A stretch of 64,000 bases of DNA from contig OZ244653.1 of NCBI GenBank assembly GCA_965218795.1, positions 4,512,001-4,576,000 on the forward strand. Reading direction: 5' to 3'. Both the position numbers and the translations under genes were made by a program. The stretch comes from a bacterium (lineage in GTDB: Bacteria; UBA8248; JACPRG01; G963555815). The notes under the pieces were generated by a model, which saw only the letters and a program-made list of their open reading frames with translations, was not told where the DNA came from and ran no database searches. Shown here piece by piece: positions 9,384 through 19,939 of the stretch (its first letter is position 1; every line of letters begins with the position of its first letter).

Positions 9384-11213
9384 ATGTGCGGGATTGCCGG
9401 GTATTTCGGCCCAGAGCAACTCGATGAGGAGCGCGTTCGCGCCTGTCTGGCCCTGATGGGTCGCCGGGGGCCGGACCACGCGGCGCACCGTCACTGGATC
9501 AACGTCGCGGGAAATCATGTCCACCTTCTTCATTCCCGCCTCCGGATCATCGATCTGGACGACCGAGCCAACCAACCCTACAGGGTCGGCTCGAAGTGGC
9601 TGGTCTACAACGGTGAACTCTACAACTACCTGGAGTTACGTCGTGAACTGGCCGCTGCGGGATGCGGGTTCACCACCGAGTCCGACACGGAGGTGTTGCT
9701 CGAAGCCGTGGACAGCGTCGGCTGGTCGGTCCTGGACCGCTTCGAGGGGATGTGGGCCTTCGCGGTCTTTGACGAGGCGGACGGATCGCTCACCTTCTGC
9801 CGCGACCGCTTCGGCGAGAAACCGCTGTGTCTTTTCCGGGAAGGGTCGGGGCTGTACTTCGGCTCGGAGGTCAAGTTCATCGCGGCCCTCCTGGGGCGGA
9901 GGTTGGAGGTCAACGTTGATCACCTCTACCGCTACATGGTCAACGGCTACACGGCCCTCTACAAAGGACAGGAGACGTTCTTCAAAGGATTGCAGGAGCT
10001 CTCCCCGGGTACCGTCCTTCGCCTGGACGCCGACGGAGGGGAGGACCGCCGAAGCTTTTGGAGCCCGCAATTCTGTCCGGATGACACCCTGTCCTACCGG
10101 GATGCCGTGGAGGGAACCCGGGAGCGGCTGGTTCGGTCTATGGAATTGCGCCTGCGGGCCGATGTGCCGCTCGCCTTTTGCATGAGCGGCGGCATCGATT
10201 CGAATTCTCTCATCAGCGTCGCCAAGCGCGTGTGCGGCTATGACGTTCATGGCTTCACCGTCGTCAATTCCGATACCCGGTACGAAGAACAAGACATGGT
10301 CCAGTGCGCCGTCGGCGAGCTGGGGCTGCGGCATACGTCCATTCCGGCGGACACCGCGGGCTTTTTGCCGAAGCTGCGACGGTTGATTCGCTGTCACGAC
10401 GCCCCCGTGTGCACCATTACCTATTTTGCCCACTGGCTCCTGATGGAAAGCATTGCCGAGCACGGTTATCGCATTTCGGTCAGCGGGACCGCGGCCGATG
10501 AGCTGTTTACCGGTTATTACGATCACCACCTGGCCTATCTGTATGAAGTTCGACAAGACGCCGACCTGCATAAGGCCTCCCTCGAGGCGTGGAAGCGGAA
10601 TGTGAGGCCCGTGGTGCGAAACCCGTTTCTGGTCGATCCGGATGTGTTCATCGGGAACCCGGGACTTCGGGATCACATCTTCCTGGACGCCGACGAATTC
10701 GCCCGTTATTTGATGGTGGAATGGCAAGAACCCTTCACGGAGAAGCGCTTCACCGACAGCCTTCTGCGCAACCGGATGCTGAACGAGATGTTTGCGGAGA
10801 ATGTACCCGTTTTCCTCCGCGAGGACGATTTGAACGCCATGTACTTCTCCATTGAAAATCGCTCTCCATTTTTGGATCGGAATCTATTTGAGTTCTCCTT
10901 CCGTATTCCTTCCAAATACCTGATTCGGAGCGGGTTCGCCAAGGCGGTCCTGCGGGACGCTATGCGGGGCATCGTGCCGGACCCGATCTTGGACAATCCC
11001 CGGAAGGTCGGCTTCAACGCGCCCATCTTCTCGTTCCTCGACGTTGGGGACCCCGACGTTCAAGGCGAGATCCTGGATGACAGCCCCATCTACGATCACG
11101 TGCGCCGGGACAAGATGGAACAATTGCTCCAAAAGCCTGACCTCCCCAATAGCGAAAGCAAATTTCTGTTCTACTTCCTGAACTGCAAGAGCTTCCTGGA
11201 GGAGTTTTCGTGA
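9384..11213 (+). CDS. asnB: Glutamine-hydrolysing asparagine synthase-like amidotransferase
   Basis: MCGIAG (catalytic Cys), NGELYNY, RDRFGEKPL, MSGGIDS. Confidence 0.9.
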   Translation: MCGIAGYFGPEQLDEERVRACLALMGRRGPDHAAHRHWINVAGNHVHLLHSRLRIIDLDDRANQPYRVGSKWLVYNGELYNYLELRRELAAAGCGFTTESDTEVLLEAVDSVGWSVLDRFEGMWAFAVFDEADGSLTFCRDRFGEKPLCLFREGSGLYFGSEVKFIAALLGRRLEVNVDHLYRYMVNGYTALYKGQETFFKGLQELSPGTVLRLDADGGEDRRSFWSPQFCPDDTLSYRDAVEGTRERLVRSMELRLRADVPLAFCMSGGIDSNSLISVAKRVCGYDVHGFTVVNSDTRYEEQDMVQCAVGELGLRHTSIPADTAGFLPKLRRLIRCHDAPVCTITYFAHWLLMESIAEHGYRISVSGTAADELFTGYYDHHLAYLYEVRQDADLHKASLEAWKRNVRPVVRNPFLVDPDVFIGNPGLRDHIFLDADEFARYLMVEWQEPFTEKRFTDSLLRNRMLNEMFAENVPVFLREDDLNAMYFSIENRSPFLDRNLFEFSFRIPSKYLIRSGFAKAVLRDAMRGIVPDPILDNPRKVGFNAPIFSFLDVGDPDVQGEILDDSPIYDHVRRDKMEQLLQKPDLPNSESKFLFYFLNCKSFLEEFS

Positions 11214-12331
11214 TGATGTATTGCGCGAAGTGCATCATTCCATCGACCCGGCCCAATATCCAGTTTGACGCCGGGGGCGTGTGCAACGCCTGCACCGCCC
11301 ACGACATGAAGCCCGAGATCGATTGGGATGAACGTGAGCGGGCCTTTGGGGAGACAGTCAGCCATGCGAAATCGCGTAGCCGGGGCTACGATTGCGTCAT
11401 ACCCGCCAGCGGGGGAAAGGACAGTACGTGGCAGGTCGACCTGTGCCTGAAATATGGCCTGAATCCTCTGGTTGTCACCTGGAAGCCTCCGAGTCGAACC
11501 GAGATCGGCGCGCGGAACCTTGCCAATCTGGTGAACCTCGGTGTGGACCACGTCGATTATCAGGTGAATCCCAAGGTCGAAAAAAAGTTTCTGTACCGGG
11601 CGCTCGTCCAGTACGGCGCCGCGGCCATCCCGATGCACATGGCCATGTACAACATCCCGAGGGTGGTCGCGGTGAAGTACGACATTCCTTTGGTGATTTG
11701 GGGGGAGAATTCGGCTTTCGAGTATGGCGGGTCCGGAAAGGAGCGCTACGGCTTTCAGTTGGACAACGAGTGGCTCAAAACGTATGGGGTGACCCATGGG
11801 ACGACGGCCCGGGATTGGATTTGTGAGGAGCTGACTGAGAAGGAGATGACACCGTATTTCGGGCCGACCAATGAGGAGCTGGAGGCGAAAGGGGTCCTGG
11901 CGGTGTTCCTGGGCTACTACTTTTGGTGGGACCCCGAAACCGTTCTTGAAGCGGCCCGCTCCTGCGGGTTTCAGATCCGCGAGGAGGGTCCCAAGACTGG
12001 ATATTACAACTATGCGGACATCGACGACGACTTTATTTCCGTCCACCACTATCTCAAGTGGCACAAATTCGGGCTCACCCGTACCTACGACAACTTGTCC
12101 CTGGAGATTCGAAACGGGAGGATGACCCGCGAAGAGGCCGTTCAGGTCCTTCGCGAACGCGGCGACGAGACCCCTTTGGAGGACATCGAAAAGTTCTGCG
12201 CGTTCATCGGTATTACCCAAAGGCATTTCTTCGAGGTGATCGAGCGGTTCCGTAACCCGGATATCTGGGTCAGACGGAACGGAAAGTGGCGAATCGAAGG
12301 ATTTTTGATTCCGGATTGGGAGTGGACATGA
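11210..12331 (+). CDS. N-acetyl sugar amidotransferase (WbuX/PseA-like)
   Basis: YCAKC..CNAC, SGGKDS PP-loop, WGEN, EIRNGRMTREEA. Confidence 0.88.
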   Translation: MMMYCAKCIIPSTRPNIQFDAGGVCNACTAHDMKPEIDWDERERAFGETVSHAKSRSRGYDCVIPASGGKDSTWQVDLCLKYGLNPLVVTWKPPSRTEIGARNLANLVNLGVDHVDYQVNPKVEKKFLYRALVQYGAAAIPMHMAMYNIPRVVAVKYDIPLVIWGENSAFEYGGSGKERYGFQLDNEWLKTYGVTHGTTARDWICEELTEKEMTPYFGPTNEELEAKGVLAVFLGYYFWWDPETVLEAARSCGFQIREEGPKTGYYNYADIDDDFISVHHYLKWHKFGLTRTYDNLSLEIRNGRMTREEAVQVLRERGDETPLEDIEKFCAFIGITQRHFFEVIERFRNPDIWVRRNGKWRIEGFLIPDWEWT

Positions 12332-13608
12332 GGTTCAAACCCACAGAGCCTCCCCGCGTTTTTTCCGTGGGACGCGGCGAGGTCGTCAACCTGAAAGATT
12401 GCGGGCGGATTGAGCTGGAGGCGGATGAACAGGTCACCTTCGTGACCGAATCCGGAGCCGAATACGACCTGGTCCGCAAGTCTTGGGGGTTTTATGCCAC
12501 CCCCTCGCTCAACGGCCGCCTTCGCCGATTCGGTTTGCGGGCGGTGCTCGTCAAGGCCACTGACGGAAAGTTTTATATCTTTCTGGTCGAAGGCAGTCAA
12601 GAAGACGAATTCCATCGTTACTTGAAGGTCGAGGGCCATCAAGTCGTCTCGTGGCTGGATAGCGACGACGCGCTCGAAGCCCTTGAACGCAAGTTGAACC
12701 TACGTGAGATGAAAGAGATTGATGCGCCTCTCCGGTGCCCGTGTGAAGGAGCGTATTTTTCTCAGCGATTCTCCTATCTCTCTCCTCCGGAGGGCGAAGT
12801 CCGCATCCGCATCGATTCCCTCGGCGCGTATCGGAGAGAGGTCGTTCGCTGCAGCGTGTGCGGCCACTTCGCCTCCAACCATGACATGGACATCCACGAT
12901 CTCTATCGTTCCGACTACGTTACCTCCATTTACGAGGATGCGATCGGAATCCGCCGGGCCTTCGACCGGATCAATTCGCTGGATCCCGCCCTCTCGGACA
13001 ACGTCGGTCGCGTTCGGCGGGTGATCGCATTCGCGAAAGAACATCCGGCCGCCGCCGAGCGGGACAGGCGGCCTCCCTCGGTCCTGGACGTGGGATCGGG
13101 CTTGTGCGTGTTCTTGTACCGGATGAAGTCGGAGGGATGGGACTGCACGGCGGTGGACCCGGACTCCCGGTCGGTTCAACACGCCCGCGATACGGTCGGG
13201 GTGAAGGCGGTCTGTGGTGACTTCCGATCCCTTCAGGAGCTGGGTCGCTTCGACGCCTTGACCTTCAACAAGGTGCTGGAACACGTTGAGGACCCCGTGG
13301 GAATGCTGTCGAAGAGCGCGGAGAATCTCTACGACGGGGGCTTCGTCTACGTGGAGGTTCCAGACGGGGAGAGCGCGGCGGCCGAGGGAGCGGGTCGCCA
13401 AGAGTTCTTCATCGAACATTTGCATGTTTTCAGCAGTGCCTCGTTGACGTTGCTCGCAAGCCGTTCGGGGTTCACCGTCCGTCGACTGGAGCGTCTTCGT
13501 GAGCCAAGTGGGAAGTTCACACTCTGCGCCTTCCTCATTACTGAAAAGAGAGGTCAAGCAGGCGGTGGGTTCCCTCGCCGAGACGGGAGCGTTCCATCGC
13601 CCCCCTGA
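12328..13608 (+). CDS. Conserved hypothetical N-domain fused to a Zn-ribbon class I SAM methyltransferase
   Basis: C-terminal two thirds has CPC..CSVC, VLDVGSG and KVLEHVEDP; internal ATG near 12709. Confidence 0.75.
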   Translation: MRFKPTEPPRVFSVGRGEVVNLKDCGRIELEADEQVTFVTESGAEYDLVRKSWGFYATPSLNGRLRRFGLRAVLVKATDGKFYIFLVEGSQEDEFHRYLKVEGHQVVSWLDSDDALEALERKLNLREMKEIDAPLRCPCEGAYFSQRFSYLSPPEGEVRIRIDSLGAYRREVVRCSVCGHFASNHDMDIHDLYRSDYVTSIYEDAIGIRRAFDRINSLDPALSDNVGRVRRVIAFAKEHPAAAERDRRPPSVLDVGSGLCVFLYRMKSEGWDCTAVDPDSRSVQHARDTVGVKAVCGDFRSLQELGRFDALTFNKVLEHVEDPVGMLSKSAENLYDGGFVYVEVPDGESAAAEGAGRQEFFIEHLHVFSSASLTLLASRSGFTVRRLERLREPSGKFTLCAFLITEKRGQAGGGFPRRDGSVPSPP

Positions 13609-13669
13609 CCCGGCGCGAACACTCCTTCTTGGCGGATGGCCCCCGAAAGTCGATGAATAGGAGCGGAGA

Positions 13670-14419
13670 ATGACCCACGCGCATGAATCGCAGAAGCAAC
13701 TCTGGGAGGAATCCTACCGAGACCGGGCCGTCCAGCAGGCTTATAACACAGCGCCTGTAGAGGCCCTGGTCCGGGTGGTGTCTTACTATTTGCGGGATCG
13801 GTTTGATCCGGGTGAACTGGAAGGCCTTCACTTTCTGGAGATGGGATGCGGGACCGGTCCGAATCTGGTTTGGTTGGCCCAAAAAGGGATTCGTGTCAGC
13901 GGTGTGGATATCTCTGGAGCGTCGTTGCAATTGGCCCGCCAAAACCTCGAGCACGCTGACCTCTCGCATCTTGTCGGGAGATTGGTCGAGGCCCCGGTCG
14001 ACAAGGTGCCTTTCGAGGGGGAGTGCTTCGACGGCATCGTGGAGGCCTGTGTCTTCCAGCATCTGGACCGAGACCAGCGGCGATCCACCTTTCTGGAGGT
14101 GGGTCGAATGCTCAAGCCCGGCGGTCTCTTCGTGGGGTATATGTTGGACGCGGGTCACACCGTGTTTCAGGCGAAGGCCGCCGAGCAGTTGCAGGATGAC
14201 CCGGGCAGCTTGGTTTTGCAGAGCGAAGGCCCGCGCATTCGCCTCGAAAATATGGGGCTGTGCCATTTCTTTCGAAAAGATGAATTCCATGATTTGTTTG
14301 CCGGTTTTTCTGTAGTCGATCCCTGCTTGACGACCTACTGCCTGCCTCAAGAGGAATCCCGAAAACGGGGATTTGACGAATACCTTCAGAGTATGTGGAC
14401 TGTCTATGCGGTCAAGTGA
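13670..14419 (+). CDS. Class I SAM-dependent methyltransferase
   Basis: LEMGCGTG, GVDIS, LKPGG. Confidence 0.88.
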   Translation: MTHAHESQKQLWEESYRDRAVQQAYNTAPVEALVRVVSYYLRDRFDPGELEGLHFLEMGCGTGPNLVWLAQKGIRVSGVDISGASLQLARQNLEHADLSHLVGRLVEAPVDKVPFEGECFDGIVEACVFQHLDRDQRRSTFLEVGRMLKPGGLFVGYMLDAGHTVFQAKAAEQLQDDPGSLVLQSEGPRIRLENMGLCHFFRKDEFHDLFAGFSVVDPCLTTYCLPQEESRKRGFDEYLQSMWTVYAVK

Positions 14420-14422
14420 AAG

Positions 14423-15139
14423 ATGAGCGGCGTTGCGAATCCGATCTGGAATCCCTGGTCGAATGATGGAAGCACGCTGGAGTTGTACCGTCGTCGTTGT
14501 CGTCAGGAGGCGGAGGAGATGACGTGCGCCGCCCAGGCGGGGGAGATCTTGAGCGAGAGGGTTTCCCCGGGGGAGACCCTTCTCGATGCCGGTTGCGGCG
14601 GGGGGTACTACTACTGGTCATTGCAGGATCGATGTGTGGATATCGAGTACTTTGGGTTGGACTACACGCCGGAGATGATTGCCATGGCCCAGGCGGAGAT
14701 GTGTCCCCGGACCGGCCTCCCTCCCGATCGATTCATTCTGGGCTCCATTGAAAATCTCGACCGGGAGTTTGACAACATCATCTGCTTCAATGTCCTGACC
14801 AATAGCCCTCACTACGCTTTGCCGTTGGGTCGTCTGCTGGCTTGTGCCAACAAGCGGATCGTCATCAGGGAGAGTCTGGGGGACGAGCTCGTCACCCGTT
14901 ACACGCCCGATCCCTATCTGGATGAAGGCAAGCGTCACATTCGCGTCTATCACAACATGTATCCCCGTCAGGAAATGGTTCGGTTCATGGAGGAGAACGG
15001 ATTTCAAGTCAGCCGTGTTGTCGATGAGCGCTCGCAGGACGGTATGGAGATGGTTGTTGACATTCCTCATTGGTGGCGGATTCTGATTGGGGAGCGGACA
15101 CCGCATGATCGCGGGGCGAGAAAGGTCAACTGTGTCTAG
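14423..15139 (+). CDS. Class I SAM-dependent methyltransferase
   Basis: LLDAGCGGG, GLDYT. Confidence 0.85.
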   Translation: MSGVANPIWNPWSNDGSTLELYRRRCRQEAEEMTCAAQAGEILSERVSPGETLLDAGCGGGYYYWSLQDRCVDIEYFGLDYTPEMIAMAQAEMCPRTGLPPDRFILGSIENLDREFDNIICFNVLTNSPHYALPLGRLLACANKRIVIRESLGDELVTRYTPDPYLDEGKRHIRVYHNMYPRQEMVRFMEENGFQVSRVVDERSQDGMEMVVDIPHWWRILIGERTPHDRGARKVNCV

Positions 15140-17015
15140 AATCGCGGGCATTTTTCCCGCCGGCAGTACAGAGCGTCGAACATCGCAACTCAACGGTATG
15201 TTGGAGGCCTGCCGAGGGGGCGGGCACTGGGAGTTCCGTCGCCAAGAGGATGGTGTCGTGTCCCTGGGGTGGTGCGGCTGGGGGGAACCGAACGTCGCGT
15301 CGGTCGAGGGGGTCCTGGCGGTCCTGGACGGCGCGATATACAACCGAGAAGAATTAGGGACCGCCCGAAATGACGCCGGGCTGCTGGCCGACCTCTACCA
15401 GCGGTACGGCTTTGCGGCGGCCTTGCAAAAAATCAACGGCGACTTTTCAGCGGCGCTCTTTGACTCGGCGGCGCACACGCTCTGGATCGGCCGGGACCGC
15501 TTCGGCGTCAAGCCGCTCTACTACCTGAAAACGGAGGAGACATTCGCCTTCGCGTCGAGGCCGAGTGCGCTGCTTACGCTTCCAGGGGTCACCCGGGAGG
15601 TGAATCGCCAGTACGTCGGGCTTTTCGCCGCCTCCCACTATCGCTATTTCGACAACGACCCCGGGAGATCGCCCTATCGAGACATAGCCCAGCTTCCGGG
15701 CTCCCATCTGCTTTGTGTGAAGGATACGGGGTGGGAAAAGAAGCCGTATTGGTCCCTCCAGGATGCGCCGGAACTCGCGGATTCCGAGGCAGACCTTGCG
15801 GAGCGTTACCGAGAGTTGGTGTTGGATGCCGTCTCGCTACGGCTCCAGTCGGCCGACCGTCCGGCCTTTACCCTTTCCGGTGGGATGGACTCCTCCTCCG
15901 TCATGGCGTGCGCCGTTCGAGTCACAGGGAAGAAGCAGACCGCCTTCTCGACGATTTATGAGGATCCTACCTACGACGAATCGGCTGAGATTCGGACCAC
16001 GCTGGATCACACGGTGGAGCGATGGCATCCGGTGAACGTGGGAAACCCGGAGATTCCCTCCATGGTTTCCCGGATGATCGATCTCCACGATGAGCCGGTG
16101 GCCACGGCCACGTGGTTATCCCATTACCTGTTATGTCAGGAAGTCCAGAGGGAAGGATTTGACGTACTCTTTGGCGGATTGGGGGGCGACGAACTCAACG
16201 CGGGCGAGTACGAGCACTTTTTGTATTTTTTTGCCGATCTGAGATCGGTCGGATGTGATTCGGACCTGGAGCGTGAGACTCGAAAGTGGATCGAGTACCA
16301 CGATCACCCGGTTTTCCGAAAGAGCCGTGACGTCCTGGAAGATGGGCTTTCCCGTATGACCGATCCTTCCCGTCCGGGTCGATGTCTGCCGGATAGGAAT
16401 CGCCTGCACCGGTATGCCTCGGCGCTGAATCCCGATTACTTCGATCTGAACGGGTTTGACCCCGCCATGGATCACCATTTCACGAGCTATTTGAAGAACC
16501 GTACCTGGCAGGATCTGACCCGCGAAACGATTCCCTGCTGCCTGCGGGCAGAGGACAGAAACTCTATCGCCTTCGATCTCCATCCCTTTCTCCCTTTCTT
16601 CGATCACCGGTTGGTGGAGTTCATGTTTCGGATACCGGGGACTCTGAAAATCCGCGACGGGGTGACAAAGCACCTGCTTCGCGAGGCCATGCGGGGGATC
16701 CTGCCGACGGAGACCCGAACGCGGGTCAAGAAATCCGGTTGGAACGCGCCCGCGCACATGTGGTTCTCGGGTTTCGGCCGGGATTTTCTGCTGGACTTGA
16801 TTGGTTCACAAGATTTCCGGGAAAGGGGTATCTACGAGGTCAAGGAGGTGCGCCGGCTCCTCAATGAGCACGAGACCATCGTTGCCTCGGGCGCTCCAAT
16901 GGAGAACCACATGATGTTCCTTTGGCAGGTTGTGAATCTGGAACTCTGGCTCAGGACACTCGATACTCGCGAATGGGAGATGAGGCCCGTGGAGACCTCG
17001 GAAAAGGAGTACTGA
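15132..17015 (+). CDS. Asparagine synthase-like amidotransferase lacking the N-terminal Cys
   Basis: GTG start gives MSRIAG; RDRFGVKPLYY, LSGGMDS, GGDE, PFFDHRLVE. Confidence 0.88.
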   Translation: MSRIAGIFPAGSTERRTSQLNGMLEACRGGGHWEFRRQEDGVVSLGWCGWGEPNVASVEGVLAVLDGAIYNREELGTARNDAGLLADLYQRYGFAAALQKINGDFSAALFDSAAHTLWIGRDRFGVKPLYYLKTEETFAFASRPSALLTLPGVTREVNRQYVGLFAASHYRYFDNDPGRSPYRDIAQLPGSHLLCVKDTGWEKKPYWSLQDAPELADSEADLAERYRELVLDAVSLRLQSADRPAFTLSGGMDSSSVMACAVRVTGKKQTAFSTIYEDPTYDESAEIRTTLDHTVERWHPVNVGNPEIPSMVSRMIDLHDEPVATATWLSHYLLCQEVQREGFDVLFGGLGGDELNAGEYEHFLYFFADLRSVGCDSDLERETRKWIEYHDHPVFRKSRDVLEDGLSRMTDPSRPGRCLPDRNRLHRYASALNPDYFDLNGFDPAMDHHFTSYLKNRTWQDLTRETIPCCLRAEDRNSIAFDLHPFLPFFDHRLVEFMFRIPGTLKIRDGVTKHLLREAMRGILPTETRTRVKKSGWNAPAHMWFSGFGRDFLLDLIGSQDFRERGIYEVKEVRRLLNEHETIVASGAPMENHMMFLWQVVNLELWLRTLDTREWEMRPVETSEKEY

Positions 17016-17144
17016 GGAACCAAGTGGTGCGCCCGGATTGCGTCCCGGATGATTCGACTCCCCGGACGTCAATCGATGTTCAGGCGGCCTCGCCGTATGG
17101 AAGCTTCCGACGAAACTTCTTCAGAAGAGCGTGGGACACATTCG

Positions 17145-17276
17145 ATGACGTATTCACCGGCAATACTCTCTATGCAATTTGGCGGGCATGACACGGCGGC
17201 CGCCCTCCCGATGAATGGAAAAACCGTGGGGGCCTGTGAGCAAGAAGAGAGAGTAAGAAAGGAAGAAGTTCTTTGA
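17145..17276 (+). pseudogene. N-terminal fragment of a NodU/CmcH carbamoyltransferase
   Basis: HDTAAAL..NGKTVGACEQEER matches hDsAAal..dG.ivaa.eEER; stops after about 43 codons. Confidence 0.7.
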
Positions 17277-17290
17277 CGACCCAAACACCG

Positions 17291-17421
17291 ATGATAGGGC
17301 TTATCGGCTGCGGTCCGTGGGGCCGAATATTGCCCGAAACCTGGTTCACCTGGGCCTTCCGCTCATGGTTCATGATACCTCGCAGGCGGCCATAGAGTGG
17401 GTGAGGGATGAATATCCCTAA
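17291..17421 (+). pseudogene. N-terminal fragment of a Gfo/Idh/MocA oxidoreductase
   Basis: IGLIGCGPWG then, after a 1-nt shift, (N)IARNL; early stop. Confidence 0.55.
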
Positions 17422-18798
17422 TGATGAGTGAATACCGGGGCTTTCATCGCCTTACATTCTGGCTCGTTCTTCTCGGCGTGCTCCACATGGGTTTGAGCCT
17501 CGCCATGTACGAGGTCTCCATGTCCGGTTGGTTTCCAAGCCTTACCACAGGAGATGGTTTCTGGAAATTTTTGCCGGACAGCATAGGGGACCACTTAATT
17601 GCCGCCCGAATGGCCTCCCTGCTGGCTCAGGGAGATTGGGTGTCTTGGTGGCACAGTTTTCCTCGTAATGGGCAGTTTCATGTAAGGATTGTTTCTCTGT
17701 TTTACGCTCTCTTGGGGCATTCGCCCTTGAGCGCCATTCCTTTCAATACGGGGACATACCTCTTGGTCGTCTTTCTGATCTACAAGGTCGGAGAGACGCT
17801 ATTCGATAGGGAATCGGCTTTTTGGTCCTCCGTTGTCGTTGCCCTGTGGCCGTCTTTCCTCCTTCATGGCACTCAAATTGGAAAAGAACTCCTCTATGTC
17901 TTGGGGTATTTGCTCTTTTTGTTCGCCCTGTTGAGGCTGTTATGCAAAACCATCCACTTGCATGAGGCCCACTGGGTTATTCTTCCGGCCCTGGTTGGCT
18001 TTGGGACCGTGCTGGCCATACGCTTCTATATGATTTACTACACCATTGTTATTTGGTTTTTGGGAGCGGCCGTCGTTCTCCTTCGAAGCGGAGTGAGAAG
18101 GGCCATCACATCAGGGGCCTTTCCGGTGGCGATGGGAATCCTGATCTGCTTCGTGGGAATGTCCTACCTGAAGGATAGCTATCTGGATTCCTTTTATCGT
18201 GAAGCAAAGGTCCGGATCGCAGGTGTTCCGAACGCCGGCGACCATTTCTTCGGAGACCGTAGGGACCCGGCCGAAAAACAGTGGACTTTGACCTGGCAGA
18301 TCATCTACTTTCGAAAAAAGGGCCAGGTCGTGGCGAGTGGCCAATCTTATACCAAACCAGTATTCGAGATACCTGAAGGCTCGCCTGAGATTGGAAGCAA
18401 TATCGACACGAAAGTAAATTTGCAAAACGACATGGATATCTTGAGATATCTGCCCCGCGCCCTGCAGATCGGCTTGGGCGCCCCGTTTCCGAGTATGTGG
18501 TTCAACGCCAGCGGCACAGTTGGTTTAATGGGGAGAATGTTGGCCGGTTTGGAAACCGCCCTGATGTATGCGGCCTTTGTGATGGCAGCAATGTGCTTCA
18601 TCCGAAACTGGCGAAATCCGGGCTTGTGGATTCTGGGGGTCTTTGCGCTTGTGAGGGATGCTGCTCCTGGGCTTGGTGGTCATCAATGTGGGGCAGTTGT
18701 TTCGGTTACGATACGTTTTCTGGTTCGCTGCACTCATCCCGGCAGTGAATACCTGCGTCCATTATTACAGGCGACAGATGCGAGGAGGCCATGCCTAG
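17421..18798 (+). CDS. Multi-pass membrane protein (GT-C/Wzy-like) with a frameshift near the 3' end
   Basis: Many hydrophobic segments; an alternative frame from about 18658 reads MLLLGLVVINVGQLFRLRYVF..MRGGHA* and its stop overlaps the next ATG. Confidence 0.65.
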
Positions 18799-19488
18799 CG
18801 ATTCGGACAAATCCTCTGACGCAGTGAGGGAACTTTACGAGGAGATCAAGGCCCCGGGCCTCGACGCCAAACCTGACTTCCACATCGCCCCCGATTGGAA
18901 AAATATATCTCGGGAAAGGCCCGGGTGCTCGATGCCGGTTGCGGGACGGGCCACCTCCTTCTGGGAGTCGCGCTGACTTTCCCCGACGGTGAATTCAGCG
19001 GGATCGACTTCAGCGGATCCTCCATTGAAGTCGCCAGGGCCCTGTTCGCCAAATATGGAAAAAGGGCGACTTTTCAAATGGGGGATTACTCCCGGCCGAT
19101 GCCGTTCGAAGGGAAGTTCGATGTAATCATTCTCAATGGAACGATCCACTGCTCGCCTGATCCGACGCGGGCTTTGAAGAATGTGGCCGATTATTTGGCC
19201 GAGGACGGAATCGTTTACATCATGGTTTACGGGAAAAGGAGCCAGCAACGAAGGCTTGAAGTGAAGGAAATGCTGCATCTCCTCAACCCGGAAGACTCGC
19301 AAGGGCGTTATGCTCACTACTTGGATTATTTGAAGAAAAACAGGAAGACTGTGCGACAGTGGATCCTCGCCCTCTCCCTCGCTGAAATGATTCGCCTTGG
19401 GCGCAATGCGGCTCGCAATCTGCGAAACAGACTGAAGAAGGACCGAACGTCCTCCGGCTTCCGGTCTCCTTCCGACCTCATGTCCTGA
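18791..19488 (+). pseudogene. Class I SAM methyltransferase, frameshifted near 18895 and probably 3'-truncated
   Basis: MPSDSDKSSDAVRELY (after a GGAGG RBS) shifts into VLDAGCGTG, GIDFS, IMVYG. Confidence 0.7.
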
Positions 19489-19690
19489 CGCGGGCGGCCA
19501 ACCCTCGCTACTATGGTCTCCTCGATCATTTCAAGGCGCTGACGGGCCGAGGGGCGGTGCTCAATACCTCATCAACCTCCACGGCCATCCCATCGCCTAT
19601 ACACCCGTGGACGCACTCCGCGTATTCAAGAATTCAGGGTTGAAACACCTTGCGCTCGAAAAGGCCTTTATCTCCAAGCCTGGGGCGTAG
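19488..19690 (+). pseudogene. C-terminal fragment of a NodU/CmcH carbamoyltransferase
   Basis: NPRYYGLLDHFKALTGRGAVLNTS / NLHGHPIAYTPVDALRVFKNSGL with a frameshift inside NTSFN. Confidence 0.75.
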
Positions 19691-19939
19691 TCTGGCCGGA
19701 GACACCGACAGTCGGTGAAGGAGCCCTTGCCGCAAACCACAATGATTTAGAGACCGTCCTTCGTTCCCGCGGGGCCGTCCGCGGAGTCGTTCGGGGATAA
19801 GCCTTCATCCTCGGGATCGCGCCTGCGAAAACAGTCGTGCCAACCGTCCGCCTAAAATATCGGAAGGAAGTGAGGATTCGGCAGCGCAGTGATAACTTCT
19901 GTCAATCCCCGAAACGGACAAATCGTTAAAGAAGCGGGA

